DNA from: Camelus dromedarius
Lineage: Eukaryota
Direction of reading: 5' to 3'
DNA length: 64,000 bases
Assembly: GCF_036321535.1 (NCBI RefSeq)
Contig: NC_087437.1
Span: 111,788,001 to 111,852,000, forward strand
Below the pieces are notes generated by a model that saw only the letters and a program-made list of their open reading frames with translations, was not told the origin of the DNA and did no database searches. Below, piece after piece: positions 44,521 to 60,715 of the stretch. How positions within the stretch are numbered: position 1 is the stretch's first letter; each line of letters opens with the position of its first letter. The translations under genes were made by a program, and so were the position numbers.

Positions 44521-44737
44521 TTAATAAGGTATTAGACAGACTACAGCAATCTTATGGTCTTCTAGTGGATAAAATGAAACACAACCCATAATAAATATTT
44601 ACTGCTAAGACTCAGTTTATGTAAGTAAATATACTTCATACTTATTTAAGGAGACTACAAAAAAAATGGTAGAGTATCTTAATGACTCAACATATAGGAA
44701 TATTTAATGTTTAAGCCAATAATTTAATAAGTAGTAT

Positions 44738-44869
44738 CTTTTTGTTTATTTGTTTTTTGGGGGAAGGTAATTAGGTTTGTTTGTTTGTTTTTGACAGAAA
44801 TACTGGGGATTGAATCCAGGACCTCATGCTTGCTAAGTACACCCTCTACCACTGAGCTATACCCTCCCC
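44738..44869 (-). mobile_element. tRNA-derived SINE (vic-1-like)
   Basis: CTCTACCACTGAGCTATACCCTCCCC end; (GTTT)n. Confidence 0.85.
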
Positions 44870-45429
44870 TCTTTTATTTTTTTCTTTTAACTAACTTAGT
44901 TATCTCAAAATCATCCCGGAATGTAAAGAGCACATAAATTCTTTCAACTTGAACTGAGGGAGTAATTAAATAGTGTCCAATTGACCAAGAAGAGTTAATG
45001 CACATTTCTAAATGCCGTATTTACTCAGTTATTTGAATAGTTCGGTAGCTATGAAATGCACTCCAATTTGAATGCATTGCTTATATTACATAACATCACA
45101 TAGAAGCACCAATGGCTTATATTCACAAAATCTATTTTAGTGGAAAAAGATAAATTCTTACTAACAACCATTATAAAAACTCTAGCGAATTTAAACCATC
45201 ACCAGTAACAATGTGTGCAATTTTTAAAGTTGTATCTCCTTTTAGCACTCTTCTCACAAGGATAACGCCAATTGCACTAATCCATTCCACTCTTTCTGAT
45301 CTTTCAAATTTACAGTTTAAACATAACTAAGTAATAAAATGTCACTGATTCAGACTTGACAATCTCAGAATTTCTGAAAATGTTGGCACTAGATGCAAAG
45401 AAAAACAATACTATTTAAATTGCTCTCAA

Positions 45430-47045
45430 CAAAACTGGCTCATTTTTTTTAAGCTTTGGATTGCCTGAAAAAGTCTGTATCATCTTTGTTTGTGATTGGG
45501 TACAGAATCCTAGTGGGCAGGTTTGGTTTTGTTTTTTCCATTTCAGTACATTAAAGACCTCGCTCTGTGTTCTCTGGCTTGGATTGTTTCTAAAGAAAAG
45601 TGTACCACGATTCATATCTTGATTCTTCTACACATACGTCTTTCTTTTTCTTGGGCTGTTTTTAGGATTTTCCTCTGTGCCATTAGTTTTAAGCAACTTG
45701 ATCATGTATTTGGGTGTAGTTCTCTTCATGTTTCTTCTGCTTGGGTTCATTTAGCTTCTTGGACCTGTGGATTTATAGTTTTCAACAAATTTGGAAAATT
45801 ATCTGCCATTATTTCTTCAAATATTTTCCTGCTCCATTCCCTTCCTTCTAGGATTCTAACCACACATATATACTGGGCCATCTGAAGTTGTCCCATAGCC
45901 CTCTGATGCTCTGTTTTATCTACTTTAGTCTTTTCCTGTGTTTCATTTTGGGTTGTTTCTATTATTCTGTCTTCAAATTCACCAATCATTTATTCTGCAA
46001 TGTCTAATCTATTAATCCCTATTACTGCATTTTTTTTCATTCCAGATATTGTTGTTTTCATATCTAGAAGTTTGATTTGGGTCTTCCACATTTTTCATGT
46101 CTCTCCTTAACATGCTCATTAACTGCATGTTCCTGAACATATGGAGTATCTTTGTAATAGCTGTTTTAATGTTAATGTCCTTGTTTATTGATTTTAACAT
46201 CTGTTTCTACAGATTGACTTTTCCCCTCACTACAGGGTATATTCTCCTGCTTCTTTGCAGGCATGATAATTTTTAATTGAAGGCCAGACACTGAAATTTA
46301 CCAGGTTGAATGCTGGATATATGTATATACATTTTGTCTTCCTATAAACATTCTTAAACTTTGTTGTGGGATAGAGTTAAATTATTTGGAAATTAAGTTA
46401 TTTGGAAACAGTTTGATCCCTTTGGGTCCTGCTTATAAGCTGTTTGTCGGGCAGGACCAGAACGGCATTTGGCCTAGGGCTATTTAGCCCGGCTACTGAA
46501 GCAACAGCCCCTTCTCTGAGCGTTCAACCCAGTTCCCCGAGTATTACCAGATTTCTCCATTTGGGCTGTTTGGAGCATGAACTATTCCCAGGCCTGGGTG
46601 AGCCCCAGGAATTTTCCCTCTTGCTCCTTTTTGGTGGTTCTTTCTCTGCCTTGGTAGCTGCCTCACACACTGGTACCAATCAGAACTCCTCTGACGTCTC
46701 AAGTGGAACCCACTACACATCTCAGGAGCTCAGTGCCGTTATCCCTTTTCTGGTACTTAGTCCTGAGAATTCTAGCTCTGGTTTCCCCAAAGTCCAACTG
46801 TCTCCTCCACTCAGGGAGATGGCCAGGCTCTGTCTGGGTTCACCCTGCCGCAGCTGTAGCCTGGAAGCTCCCAGGGCAGTCGGCTGGAGCTACTGTGAGA
46901 CTCACCTCATTTGTTCCCCTTCTATGTTTTGTGTTGCCTATTGTTTAATGTCTGAAAATTGTTTCACATATTTTGTTTGTAGTGTTATTGTTGCTGTCTA
47001 CGGCGGAAGGTAAATCCAGATCCTGTCACAGCATCACGCTCAGAA
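45430..47045 (-). mobile_element. Old L1 5' region with ORF1 remnant
   Basis: IGEFEDRIIETTQNE...KIFEEIMADNFPNLLKTINPQVQEA is L1 ORF1p-like. Confidence 0.85.
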
Positions 47046-47808
47046 GTGAATATCCCTAAGTCACTGTCCTGCTATTATACAATTTTGAACCATTTAATCC
47101 TGTCTACAATTTAGAACATCTGATAGACCTGAAATCATGCTTTAAGAAGTCACATAACAAAGTTTTACTGTTCAGTGAGAGAGAAATTTTGCCTTCGCCT
47201 TTTATCTCCTCACAGCAAAGTTAAAGAAACGAAAACATTTAGAACTATCAGTTTGGCCCTACATTAGTAGGCTAATCATGCTGCCCAGGATGGAGGAGAA
47301 AGGTTGATTTTTTTTTTTTTTTAAGCAGTGGTATTTAAGTTGCTATTTACTTTCTGTTCTATTAAAGATGAACATTCCAAAAATTATTTACAAAAAGAAG
47401 ATGAATTTTTGCAACCCTAACATAAAGTGATACATTAAGAAGTCTAAATTTCATTATTTTTGTGCAGAAAAAGTCAACTATAAAAAGTCATTTCTTCCCT
47501 CAACTTGAAATTTTTTCTGAAAAAGAGATAAGATACTGCAACTATCTAAAGGGCAATCATGCTGACTGGCAGCATTTGGCAATTAAAAAAAAACAAAACT
47601 ATGCACACTGCTTGTCATCGCCACCTACTATGCTTATCATCCAAAATTCAAAAACCTGACATTTAACTTGGCCCAGAGAAAAAACTTTGTTTTTAATGAC
47701 CTAATGCTAAACCAAACCATGCTTCCCTCTTATGTATTAATAGTTTATAGGCAAAAATACACAGCAAATTTAACACATTAGAAACTCATTAGAAAATGCT
47801 GCCCATTT

Positions 47809-48416
47809 TGTTAGAGCAGGCAGGCAGCTAGATACGAGCAGAGAAATGGGGACACAGGCCAAATGGCAGAAAAATATACATCTTGTGAACAATGAGGGTC
47901 CTTGGACAGACCAAGAAAAGCAGGATCCTCCAGGCTGATAAGAAACCATACATTCTGGGTTGACAAGTGTCCTGGAGGCAAAGAAAGGTGGGACAAGACA
48001 GGAATCTCCACCATCCCCCACTCATTATGACCTCCATCCAAATGTAACCTTTCACTTATGATACCCCATTCAAATGCAACATTTTGTTCATTATGACCTC
48101 ATCTGACTTCCCAATCAAGGCTAAGGAGAAAAAAAAAAAAAAAATCCCTCCTCCCCCACTAGGAAGGTGGAGTTGGGATGAAGATCAGAAAAGATGACCC
48201 CAGACCCCTTCTTGCCAAAGAATATTCTGTCCATTCATTTTCACACCCATATAAACAACTTGCTAAAGAAACTCGGGGCAACTACCCACCTGCGTCTGCC
48301 CACTCTTTTCTTGAGAGCGTACTATCTATCCCTTAATAAATCCTTGCTTTGCTTTCATGACCTCTGTGTCTCATTTCTGAATTCTTTCTGAGATGAGACA
48401 AGAACCTCACCAACCA
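47809..48416 (+). mobile_element. Solo LTR (ERV1-like)
   Basis: Starts TGTTAGAG; TATA-like CATATAAA; AATAAA; 3' CTGAATTCTTTC...GAGACAAGAACC; right end approximate. Confidence 0.7.
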
Positions 48417-48664
48417 TAATTTCACTCAACTGTAAAGTCTTTTTTATCAGCATTTCTTTCTTTTTGCTCTTCGTTCCCCAACCCTAAAAATGATAACCAC
48501 CACCCTAACAACAGCACAAATAATAATTACAATGAAAAAAAAACAAATAGTAAGACATGTCACTGGAGCAGTTATTTAATCTCTCCAAGCCTCAGTTTCC
48601 ATATCTGCAAAATGGGGATAAAAGTACAACCCACAGAATTAAATAAAATAAAGCATGTCTAATG

Positions 48665-49216
48665 CCACCATCTAAACTATATGCTGAGATGCTCCAGGAC
48701 ACTTCAGCAAACTCCCAGGAGAGACAAGGGATATTTTAAAAGGAAGGAAACCTGGAGATGCTCAACATGACCTGGACACTGCCTGAACTATTATTAGCAG
48801 AAGGTAGTTCAAAGTTTTAACATTCGATTGCAGTACATTCCTTCATGACATCATATCTTTGTGAAGCTGGATTTCCAGTGGTTGCTGTGATAAAAAGCAA
48901 ATACCACTCCAAAATCAACCTGCAACAGGAAATGAGGGTGGTGCTGTCCAATCTGATGCCAAGGTTTGAAAAGCTGTTCAGTGCTCAACAGGCATATCAT
49001 GCCATAAGTTAAGTAACTGGTTATTTATAAAGGAAATTAATTATTTTCAATTTACTTGCATTATTTTTTCCAAACATCTACTGAAGTTGTTAGGACATAA
49101 ATATTTATTGTTTGTACCTAACTATTTAATGAACAGAACTGTGCCTTAGGGGTGCTGTTAAAAACTTAATGAGACATGAAGGACACCATGAAGCAATAAA
49201 GTTTAGGAACCTCTGG
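48665..49216. mobile_element. hAT-Charlie element (Charlie4a-like)
   Basis: Transposase C-terminal remnant CTTTGTGAAGCTGGATTT; end AAGTTTAGGAACCTCTG. Confidence 0.65.
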
Positions 49217-50904
49217 CTTAATGTTGTGACTAGCAGAGTAGTGTCCAAAAAATGGCAAGTATTACTCCTTTATGGCATGCAATTTCAAAGAAATGGCAGG
49301 ACACTTCACATTCTGTGATAGAGTTCCAGAATATCGTCCTACAGTTCTGTGGCTCAAGTTTCCATGCTAAAGGAAAAAAAGTAGGTAGACAAAGAAACTT
49401 AGACGATCTGGGGTAAAACCAGGTCCAGAGTTAAAGCCTGAAAATAATCTCACCACTAGGCAGATAAAAGCAATGAACACCTACTACCGCACCAGCAAGT
49501 GATACCAGGAAGGACAAAAGCTCAAATTTTTTAAGTTAGGAATTTACATCAACATCTTACATCCCCATCTTTTAATGAGGCAATCCCTAATTCCTGTTTT
49601 TAGACTCATCCTCCATTTCCCACGTGCTGATCTTCTCTTTTCTTCATCTTTTAACTAGGATGTAATTATGAAGTAAATTATTTATCTTTACTGAAGTATG
49701 ACATAGACTATAAAATAATGAGATAGCTTGTGAACTGAGTGCATGTATCTATCTGACTGGCTACTTGTCCCCCCTGCCCCATGATGGTCTTTTCATGTGC
49801 GTAACTGTAGAATGAGGAGGAAAACTGAACTCGACACAAAACTGATAGATGTCTTCTAGTATGTCTTGATAAATTAGTTTCCAAGAAAAAATGTGTAGTG
49901 TTATGACTTGCTGACCATCACACTTGCTGCTTATGCTGGTTTAGACACAGCATACTAGTCACAGAGAGTCCATGTGCTACACTCTACCACTGCTCCATCA
50001 AATTTTCAGGTTAACTGAACATTTTTTTCTGGACCAACATTTTCAAAAATAAGTAATACTAAAAATGGACATACTACTGAAAAAACATATTAACTTATAT
50101 AAGGAAAAGAATGTTTCAGAAGATTTTTTTAAATAAATATATGCAATGAAAGAAAAATCAATAATGAAAATGTTTTCCATCTAAAGAAAAGTAATTTTAA
50201 AACAAATTGTTAATAGTACTTACGGAAGTTATAAATAACATTCATCACACACAGTTTAACTGGTATTTCTAAAAAGCCTTAATAATGTAGCTAATAGCTA
50301 TTTCCAATAGAATTTTTCTATAACAAATTCTAATAATGTGTAACGTATGTGTTGTATATCAGCAGTTCAGTCAAACAGCAATTCTTTAAAAGACAGAAGA
50401 TAAATTTCATAGGAAAAGGTACCCTACTTTCAAACAGAAGATCGCACCTTTGCCAACTTTGTAATCTAGTTTAGGTTAGTCTTTCCCCCTATGCCGCATA
50501 TTTAATAATCATTTATTCTGCAATGTAAGTAAGACACTGAACTAAATACTAGGGATACAAAGATTACTAAGACCTTTTCCTCAAGGAGTGCAGCATCCTG
50601 ACACAGAGACCCGAACAGTTTCACATTCTGCGAAAGCACTAGACTAAAAGTGCTACGGGAATGGTAGCATGTGGTTCAGGCTGCGGGTTTCAAGCAAACT
50701 CATTCCTGATCCCATAAGAGATAATAATAGCATTAAAATTCTGGAAACATGGCTATTTTGGATAAAATTTGCAAGCCAAAATAGTTATGCTATAATCTAT
50801 CACAGAAAGGCGTATATAAACAATGCTCAGAAATGGTCATCCCAATCTAATTATACCAGAATCTCTGGGGAGCTGGAGCCCAGGCACCAGGATTTGTTTA
50901 GAGG

Positions 50905-50938
<34 letters not shown>
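50905..50938. repeat. A34 homopolymer within a MER5-like remnant
   Basis: Read directly from the sequence. Confidence 0.9.
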
Positions 50939-50941
<3 letters not shown>

Positions 50942-53790
50942 CCAAGGTAAATAGAATGTGTGTCTAGGGCTGAAAATCATTGGATCGTTGACTGATTAAG
51001 TCATGGCATCATGACTGATTTAACATCTTTATCGACATAAAGACAGATTTCTAAGGCTGGACTGATTAGTGGATCCCCTAAGAGGATCCATGATCTGAGA
51101 TTACTACTGTTATTTGCGCTCTGTTTTTTAATACAGCTAATAATATGAAAGATGTTCATGTTGGGTATCTCATGGCACATCTGGCCTAAGCCAAGAAAAT
51201 TAAGTGATTGCCAATCCTCCATGGTATGTATTGCCTAAGATGTCTAACTGTTTAAACTTTAAAGCCAGGCAACTGCAGCCTAGAGCAATCAGAAACTTTG
51301 GGTTCCTGCTTGGGTCATCTTCACCATCTACATTCAAGAAAACTACCTGTATACAGGATTGAAGACAACAACAAAATCAGCATATAAAAAGGTGGTCATC
51401 TCCAACACAGACTAAGTTCTACAAAAAATGAAGGGAAGGAAGGGAGGAGAGTGAGCTGGGGGTGGAGGGTGGGGGGAGAAGATGGAGGCAGATTCTCAAG
51501 AAGGAAGATTTGAGCTGGAACTGACAGGCTTCAACTGGAAAAGTACAGAAAAGCATTCTAACAGTCTTGGAGGGAAGAGGGACAGCATGATGATGGTTGG
51601 AGAAAGCATGGTACTTTGGAAAAGCGCTGAGGAAACATCAGAGGCGTCCTTAAAGGAGATCAACAGTGAACCAACAAGATGGGGCCAAACTGTGGAAGGC
51701 CTTGATTGACAGGTCGAGGAGACTGAACTTGAATCTTACTGAAAAATGGGGTTACATTTTGGTTTTATATCAAAAATGATTCTGGAAAATCCTTCTGGTA
51801 GATTAATACGCAGAATGCATTGAAATTCAAAGGACTGGGACTGTTAAAGATAAACAGAACACCTCAGTATTGTCCAAGCTCAGTCCCCTAAGTACAACAG
51901 GCACTGGAAAAATGTGAAGGTTTTAAAGATGAACATTCTGTAGCACAATACACATCTCGGTATTACTCCAAATTGAAGGTCAAATTAATTTTACAAGTCA
52001 AATTATTTATTTAAAAAAATCTGTTAGCTCTTAGATGTTAATATTTAAGTATTAAAGCTTATAATAGAAACGTTAATGACATACCCAAGAAAGTATATAT
52101 CCATTTATGCTAGCTTTACAAACTTTACATTTAAAGGTTTTTTTCCCCCTGAATTACTTATATAGTCTAAAGCTAATGAAAATAAATAGAATTAATAAAT
52201 AGTTAAGACAATTTTTTAATATTTTTTTTCTCAAAATGAATGTTAATGCCAAATGGATGGTTTGGGGAGTGGTTTTTTTTTTGTGTTTTTTTTTAACCAT
52301 GATTTGGCATAAAAGAGGACTGCTGCAGGTTTGGAAGTAGGATTATCCTGAGGCTTCCTGATCTTGGAGTAAAATAGAGCAGTAACCTTAATAACTAATA
52401 GCTAATCTGTACTTTGTAGCCAAAAATTGGACTTCCCATTATTATCAGTAACCACAATTAAAGGAACATTTAGAATTTAGACAAATTAGGAAATCAGATG
52501 TCACCAAAAAAACACAAGCAGCTGAAAAATGTTTCACATATTAAAACAAATCTTTTTTTCCTACAGATGGTTTTCATTAAGAATTCAACAATCTAAGAGT
52601 TATATTTGTAGTATGAAGAAATATGCTATGCAAATTAATACTGTAGCAAGTTATATTTTGGTTAAGTATAAATAACAGTTTAAATGAATTAAGTCCATAC
52701 TGACTGAAAATAACTAATATTACTAATATTTGTTTCTTAGAACATACAGATCCTCTTCCTGCTCCCTCAAACCACGTTACTATATGTACCAAAAAACACG
52801 TATTTCTTATGCGCTGTTCTTTGCTTAAGACTTTTCATTATGTCACCATCCTTTTCCCCAATCCGGATAAAATGTTTCCACTTTAGAGTATTAAGATTAG
52901 GTTTAACTGATATTAATTTAATATTCTGTATGCAAAGATTATAGACTTATGCTCTTCACTATTGAAACTTGAGAAAGTTTAGTGTTTAAAATATTTCGGG
53001 GCTTGTATCTGTAAGTATACCCTTTAAACGCTATTTTTAATTGATAAAAATATGACCAATAAATAAACTGATCCTACATAGCAAAAAACATGATATAGAA
53101 CAAGTAGTTGTCACTAGAAAGCCTCTAACAATACAATCACATATGAAATAATCCCAAGCTGAAGTTATCTGCCAAAATCTTATATTAAGAAATGTAATAT
53201 TCAAATTAAACTTATTTTAATTTTATCCATCTGCCCACAAAATAACCCAAATCTTACTAATCTACTATTTTTCTTGTGGCGCAGTAGTCCTTTTCTTTAA
53301 AATGAACTGTCAAAATAATTTCTTAATAATACGAAATCAATCGTCTACCTAACATGAAAGTTTAAAGGCTGTTTACAGTTCTCTTAATGAAAATATAACA
53401 GCCTTACCATACGGTACTCCAATAACATTAAATACTCTTATAATCCATGTCTAAAACTGACAAATAAGAAATTCTGTTCATCACAGGAAAAATGTCAAGC
53501 AAGCCATTCTATGGGTTTATGTGCTATGCTATAAATTGCAACCATATTTCTTTGGAAAGAAAGATTTACTTTTTGAAGTAGCATTAGAACCCAAGAAAGC
53601 AAAACCTGTACCAAAACCTGCATCTCCCCCTAACCCCAACAAAAACCTGCAGAAGGGGAAGGAAAAGAAAATAAAAAGATTAAAAGAAAATAAGGTCTAG
53701 TTAAAAGGAAATAAAAGCATGACCTGCTAGATGAAATACAATGAGGGGGTTATCAGGGTCTTCTTTGAAAAAATGGTTGAATCTGAATTA

Positions 53791-54225
<435 letters not shown>

Positions 54226-54399
54226 TTAAGTTGAGTTTCCCCTTTACTTTATGTTTACCAAAAGGGAAAATTTTGAGCGTATTTCGTTCGGAGTTGTTTA
54301 TCAGCTTCCTGCTTCAGGATTTGCCACTACGTTGAAAGGGAAACGATTCGGAAACTTCGAGCCATTCCTTTGCGGGGAAAGGAGAGAGGTAGGTGGGAA

Positions 54400-55560
<1,161 letters not shown>

Positions 55561-57261
55561 CTATGACTGAGCGTCTGGGTAGGTAGCAGGAAGAAAAACT
55601 AATGCCTGCTTTGGAACAGCTCTGTTCGCTGCCTTTTCTTCTGGTGTGTTCTGGAGCTCTCAGGAGTACTATTATAAAAAAAAAAAAAAATGAGGGCTCA
55701 GCTGTGGAGAGTGGGAAGTCACAAGCCAGGATCTCAAGACTCAAACATGGCGGTACTGAGGCCCAGGCAGCTGTGGTCGTCACTGAATGGCGACTAGCTT
55801 TTGCCAACCGTGTAATTTCTTAAAGACATCTTGCCCTTTCACCCTATCCTCACTTTTCAACAAATCATGCTTCCTGGCTAATATCCGTGTGCCCCCACGG
55901 GCTTCTCATTCCGTTTCCACCTAATAGATCTAAATATGGGAATGAAGTCAAACCTGCAGGGTCAAGAGGAATTGAAAACCCAAAGAATTCAGCACTCTGG
56001 GAAACCGTTTCCACTTGCCTTTGCTTTTTCTTTACCTCTTCCCCTTCTTGCTTTTATTAACAGCAAAAGCAGAATTTAAATTTAGTGTATTGCACAAGAT
56101 CATTTCCCCCTCTGAGCCCTGTCATGTGGCTTGATTTAACACTTCTTCATCTATTTCAGAGAAGCTAGACCCACCCTGGTTTCAGGATACTAAAGTAGCT
56201 ATAATTCATTAGAAAAGAAGCCACTTCTTTTCTAAAAGGAGACTTGCAAAGACACTTAGATTTAGTTCTGAGAACTGGAGATTTCTCTCATTTAGTACCA
56301 TCTCCTTAGAGAAACTTTTGCTCTTTGTAGTGGTTACGGACAGCAGCCTCAGAATTAAATTCATTAAAATATTCTACTTACTCTACATTAAAATACTCTG
56401 CTTTTTATGTTTATTTTTCCCTCTTGGAGAATCCATTTCAATTGGAGATTGCATTGGACAGAGAAAACAAAATGCGAGTGGGTGAGAATGGAATTTTTCT
56501 TATTTGCCTTTTCAGGTATACATCTATAGCCCCAGAAGAAAAACATGTGGAAGGTACAGCTCCAGGTGAGAGGTTGATGTTATTGAATATATTGCTTGGA
56601 AGTTGACAGCTGAGACCCAGAAAAGTTAACTGGTTAAAAATTACTGTTTGAGGTGGAGTTGAGACCTCCATCCAAATTTGCCCACCCCAAACCTTCCAGT
56701 GCACCTGTGTCTGTGTGGCTACACTAGGTACCCCTTCTTTTTCAGAGTGGGAAATATCGGTGCTAGGCTCTTTTAGAAGCAAATGCTTGGCCTATTTCTG
56801 GCTTCTTTTGATCTTGAACTGAAGAAACCGAGGTCAATGTTTCTTGGTTCTGTGTTTGAATTTCTGCTTCTTTCTTCAAATTAATCTGCGGGTAAGTGGG
56901 ACTCTTAGTCCTCAAGTTGTCAGTAGAAGGCCACAGCTTTTCCAAGTCGTTGCAAAATAGATCGTTTTAGTCATGAAATGAGCACATGCCCAGGGTTTAA
57001 AAATATAAGGGCCATTTTACTAGTGATTTTAAAAGCTGTTACTCCTTTCTGTTTTTGTCACTCTTTTCTGTTTATACTTCTTTGTTCATCACAGCACTTG
57101 AAAATAGCTGGACAAATTTTCACCAAATCTGGAGTATCCTTGGCGTGGCCTGACTTAAAATACAGGCTAAGTGGCATATGCATACTTCTTAGTGAGGTCC
57201 TAAGGGCCTACAGAGATGTGCTGACACTATCTTGACCCTTGAAAATGAGCAATGATGCCAG

Positions 57262-57704
57262 TGGTAGGGTAAGAAATACCACCTTCAAAAGATACCCATA
57301 CGCGAATCCCTGGAACATGTGAATATTAACTTATGGGAAGAATAAGTCTTTGTGGATATGATTAAGGATTTTGAACTCTGGATTATCTGGGTAGGGCCTA
57401 AATGCAATCACAAATGTCTTTATAAGGAGACAGCAGAGGGAGATTTTACACACACACACACACACACTGTGAAGACAGAGGTAGAGACTGTAGCAATGTG
57501 GCCATTAGCCAAGGGATGTCAGCAGCCACCAGAAGCTGGAAGAAGGCAGGAAATTCTTCCCTAGAGCCTTTGCAGGGAGCATGTCTCTGCCAATACTTTC
57601 ATTTCAAACCTCTGGACTCAGAATTGTGAGAGAATGAATTTCTGTTGTTTTAAACTACCCTGTTTGTGGTAATTTGTTACAGCAGCCACAGACAACTCCA
57701 TACA
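57262..57704 (+). mobile_element. MaLR LTR (MLT1-type)
   Basis: CAGCCACCAGAAGCTGGAAGA...ATTTCTGTTGTTTTAA...TTTGTTACAGCAGCC...TACA. Confidence 0.88.
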
Positions 57705-59848
57705 AGGCTTATGTGACTCCGTCAGAAGAGAAACTGAGATCAGTAAACAGCCTGATGGATGTTTCAGACGTCAGCTCTAATAGTGTCAATGAAATGAAGG
57801 TAAACACCATGATTTTTAAATGTTGCTTTTTGACTGAGTCATTTCTCCTATGGGCAGTTCCCTGTATCAGGCTGAAACATGCAATCACCATTTCCATAGG
57901 TCAAAAATATTCACATAGTGACTATATATGGCCCAGTCTAATAGTATGTCCCCAGTACATGACAGGATTTATTAATTTAGAAATTATTGAACATTGCAAA
58001 CCAACTATAACTCAATTAAAAAAAAAGACTGATTATGCCAGTGACATAAAAATATACCATATGTTACAAGGCTATGAATTTTGACAAATTAACCATGTAA
58101 ATTAGTAGTAGGGCCTACTTTTTCTTATCAAAGGACTTCCCTATCAAAAATGATAGAAAGCATTTGGCAAATTTGGAGAATATTAACAACCCTGATTCAG
58201 TTATCTTTAAAAGCTTCTTTTCAGATTACATAAACTAGAGCTAACTTTCATGTCAGGATCTGCAGAGATATATATAGGAAGGGATGTCTCCTTATTAAAG
58301 AGAAAACAGTGGTCTTGAGAGGCAACACAACAGTAGGTGACAAAAAGCATTTGCTATTTGCTTAGAATATGTCCACAGTAATCAGTGAAGGATAAGATTT
58401 TAAATTGGAAAAATGAAAATCCTATAACTAGCAAAATATAGGAGCTTGAGAGCAGAATCATCGTGAGAGTAAAATCAAACAAAAACTTCAAAGTTTTTGA
58501 AAGACTGAAAAATTGCTCACATGTATCAGAGATAAGAAAATTGCAATGGGAGCAAACAGGGAACTTGCATGTGACAAAAAATTTTCATTTGGAACAAGAG
58601 ACCAAGTCAAGAGAGCTCAAATAAAAAGGTTTGTTTTAATGACACGTAAGGATTCTCATGGAAATCAAAGGACCAGAGCTCTAACAGGGTTTGGGCCTTA
58701 TTGAGATCAGAGCTGTAGGATGCTCACTCTTCAACCTGGCTCTTGGTCCCTAAGCAGCAGGCATCTCTGAAATTTCAACATCTAAGTTACATGTAAAAGG
58801 TAAGATTTCATGGTCAAAGTGCTTTTGTAAAGTAGCTTAAAATGGTTTCTACAGGATTTGTCTAACCTTTTATCATTTACCATGTATTCTCAATTATCAA
58901 GCATTGGATGTAAGGTACATTTTCCTAAAGATCTTTTAAAGTAAGAGCCCAGGAACTAGTGGACCACAGCATACATTGAGAAATGCTGTGCTAGGCATTC
59001 TCATGGTACTGGATGATTCTCCTCTAAGCCTCTGCTACAGTTAGGGCTGACAGGGCTGGGACAAAGCTAGTACAAATTACTGGGGCCCAGAGGTCCAGAA
59101 CTCAACACTACATATCAATATCAACTCCATATGACAATTGTTAGCCTGTCTGCCTTTGCTGGGCAATCTGAAGTCACTCTCAGCAGCTGTGAACCTAACA
59201 TCCATAGACTGTTCTGGGGGGGGAAATCTCCAAAAACGTATTGGACAATGACAGCCTTATCGAAGTATAAGGCCTCCCAAACATTTCAGACATATTTCAT
59301 TGTTTTCTCACTACATGTAGGAGTTCTAGTGCTTAACTGTCCTCATTTTCATTTACTTGAAACTAGAGACCAAAGTGTTGTCATAATCAGAATGGCAACA
59401 CTCCCTTTACTATATGGGTATTACCATGTTACAGATCAGAAGAGTAACTGTAACCATAAAGAACCACTACAACATAGCAACTGACATTTTGACAGGATAT
59501 TTTGAAGCTATACATCTGACCATTTTTAGGTTTTCATGATTTCAAGGGAAATTAGCCATTTAAAACAAAATTAGGCATTTGTCTTAACCCACTGAACTAT
59601 ACATGCTTATAGAGGGTAAACTTTACAGTTTATAAATCATACTTCAATAAACCCATCTTTAAAGAAAATTAGGGAACGCTACATTTTAGTATATTCTCAT
59701 GAGGCAGGTACTTGCTTTAAGACTTGTGCAATTCTTGGCCAATTCTGGGTGATAAGGTTATCACTGCAGGCAACTATGGCTCAAATCAACTGAAGCCCTC
59801 TGGGAGATAATGTGGAACATACCTCTTCCTATCTGAGATTAGGAAGCT

Positions 59849-60715
59849 GTTGTAGACATGAAATTGTGCCTCTCAGGTCTCCTACAAGGAGAATCTGGTT
59901 GTACCGGCCATGGTCCCCAAGAACTGCTCTCTACCAATTACTGAGTGTGGTGGGAATACAAAGGAAGGTAAGAAACTGGTGACATGAGCCATAAAAACCG
60001 ACAACATAACGCCATTTGCAGCAACATGGATGTCCCTGCAGAATGTCATTCTAAGTGAAGTAAGCCAGAAAGAGAAAGAAAAATACCATATGAGATCACT
60101 CATATGTGGAATCTAAAAACAAAACAAAACAAAACAAAAACGAAACAGAAATACAAAACAGAAACAGACTGATAGAGATAGAATACAAACTTGTGGTTGC
60201 CAAGGGGGTAGGGGGTGGGAAAGGACAGACTGGGATTTCAAAATGTAGAACAGATAAACAAGATTATACTGTACAGCACAGGGAAATAGATACAAGATCT
60301 TATGGTAGCACAGTGAAAAACAATGTGACAATGAATATATATATGTTCAGGTATAACTGAAAAATTGTGCTCTACACTGGAATTTGACACATTGTAAAAT
60401 GACTATAACTCAATATAAAATTGTTTTTTAAAAAAAAACTGGTGACATGAAATTCCTCAGAATCGTGACTTTGGATTGAGGGCTCCATCAGCCTTGCCCA
60501 AACTTTTAGAACTGCACTGATGTCTGACACCTTCCTTAATTCCTTCCCTCTCTCCTTCAGAGATCACACCTGCCTCGTGAGCTCTTGGCTCTAAGGCTAG
60601 CTCAGCCCCTTCCACTTCCTCTCCTTTGCCCGTCAATGTCATTTCCCTCAACAAGTCGCTTGTACATCTAATGCCATGACAGTGACTGCTCCCCAGAGGA
60701 CCTGAACCAACGCAC
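59849..60715 (+). mobile_element. ERVL LTR16-like LTR, interrupted by an L1
   Basis: 3' end CTTGTACATCTAAT...GAGGACCTGAACCAACGCA resembles the LTR16 terminus. Confidence 0.65.
59988..60435 (+). mobile_element. Young 5'-truncated L1 3' end, same subfamily as the 5.4-kb copy
   Basis: Highly similar to 5554-5990; 15-bp TSD AAACTGGTGACATGA (59973-59987 and 60436-60450). Confidence 0.92.

Noticed and set aside
46444..47013. 189-aa plus-strand ORF
   Set aside because: Antisense to an old L1 5' region; no coding hallmarks
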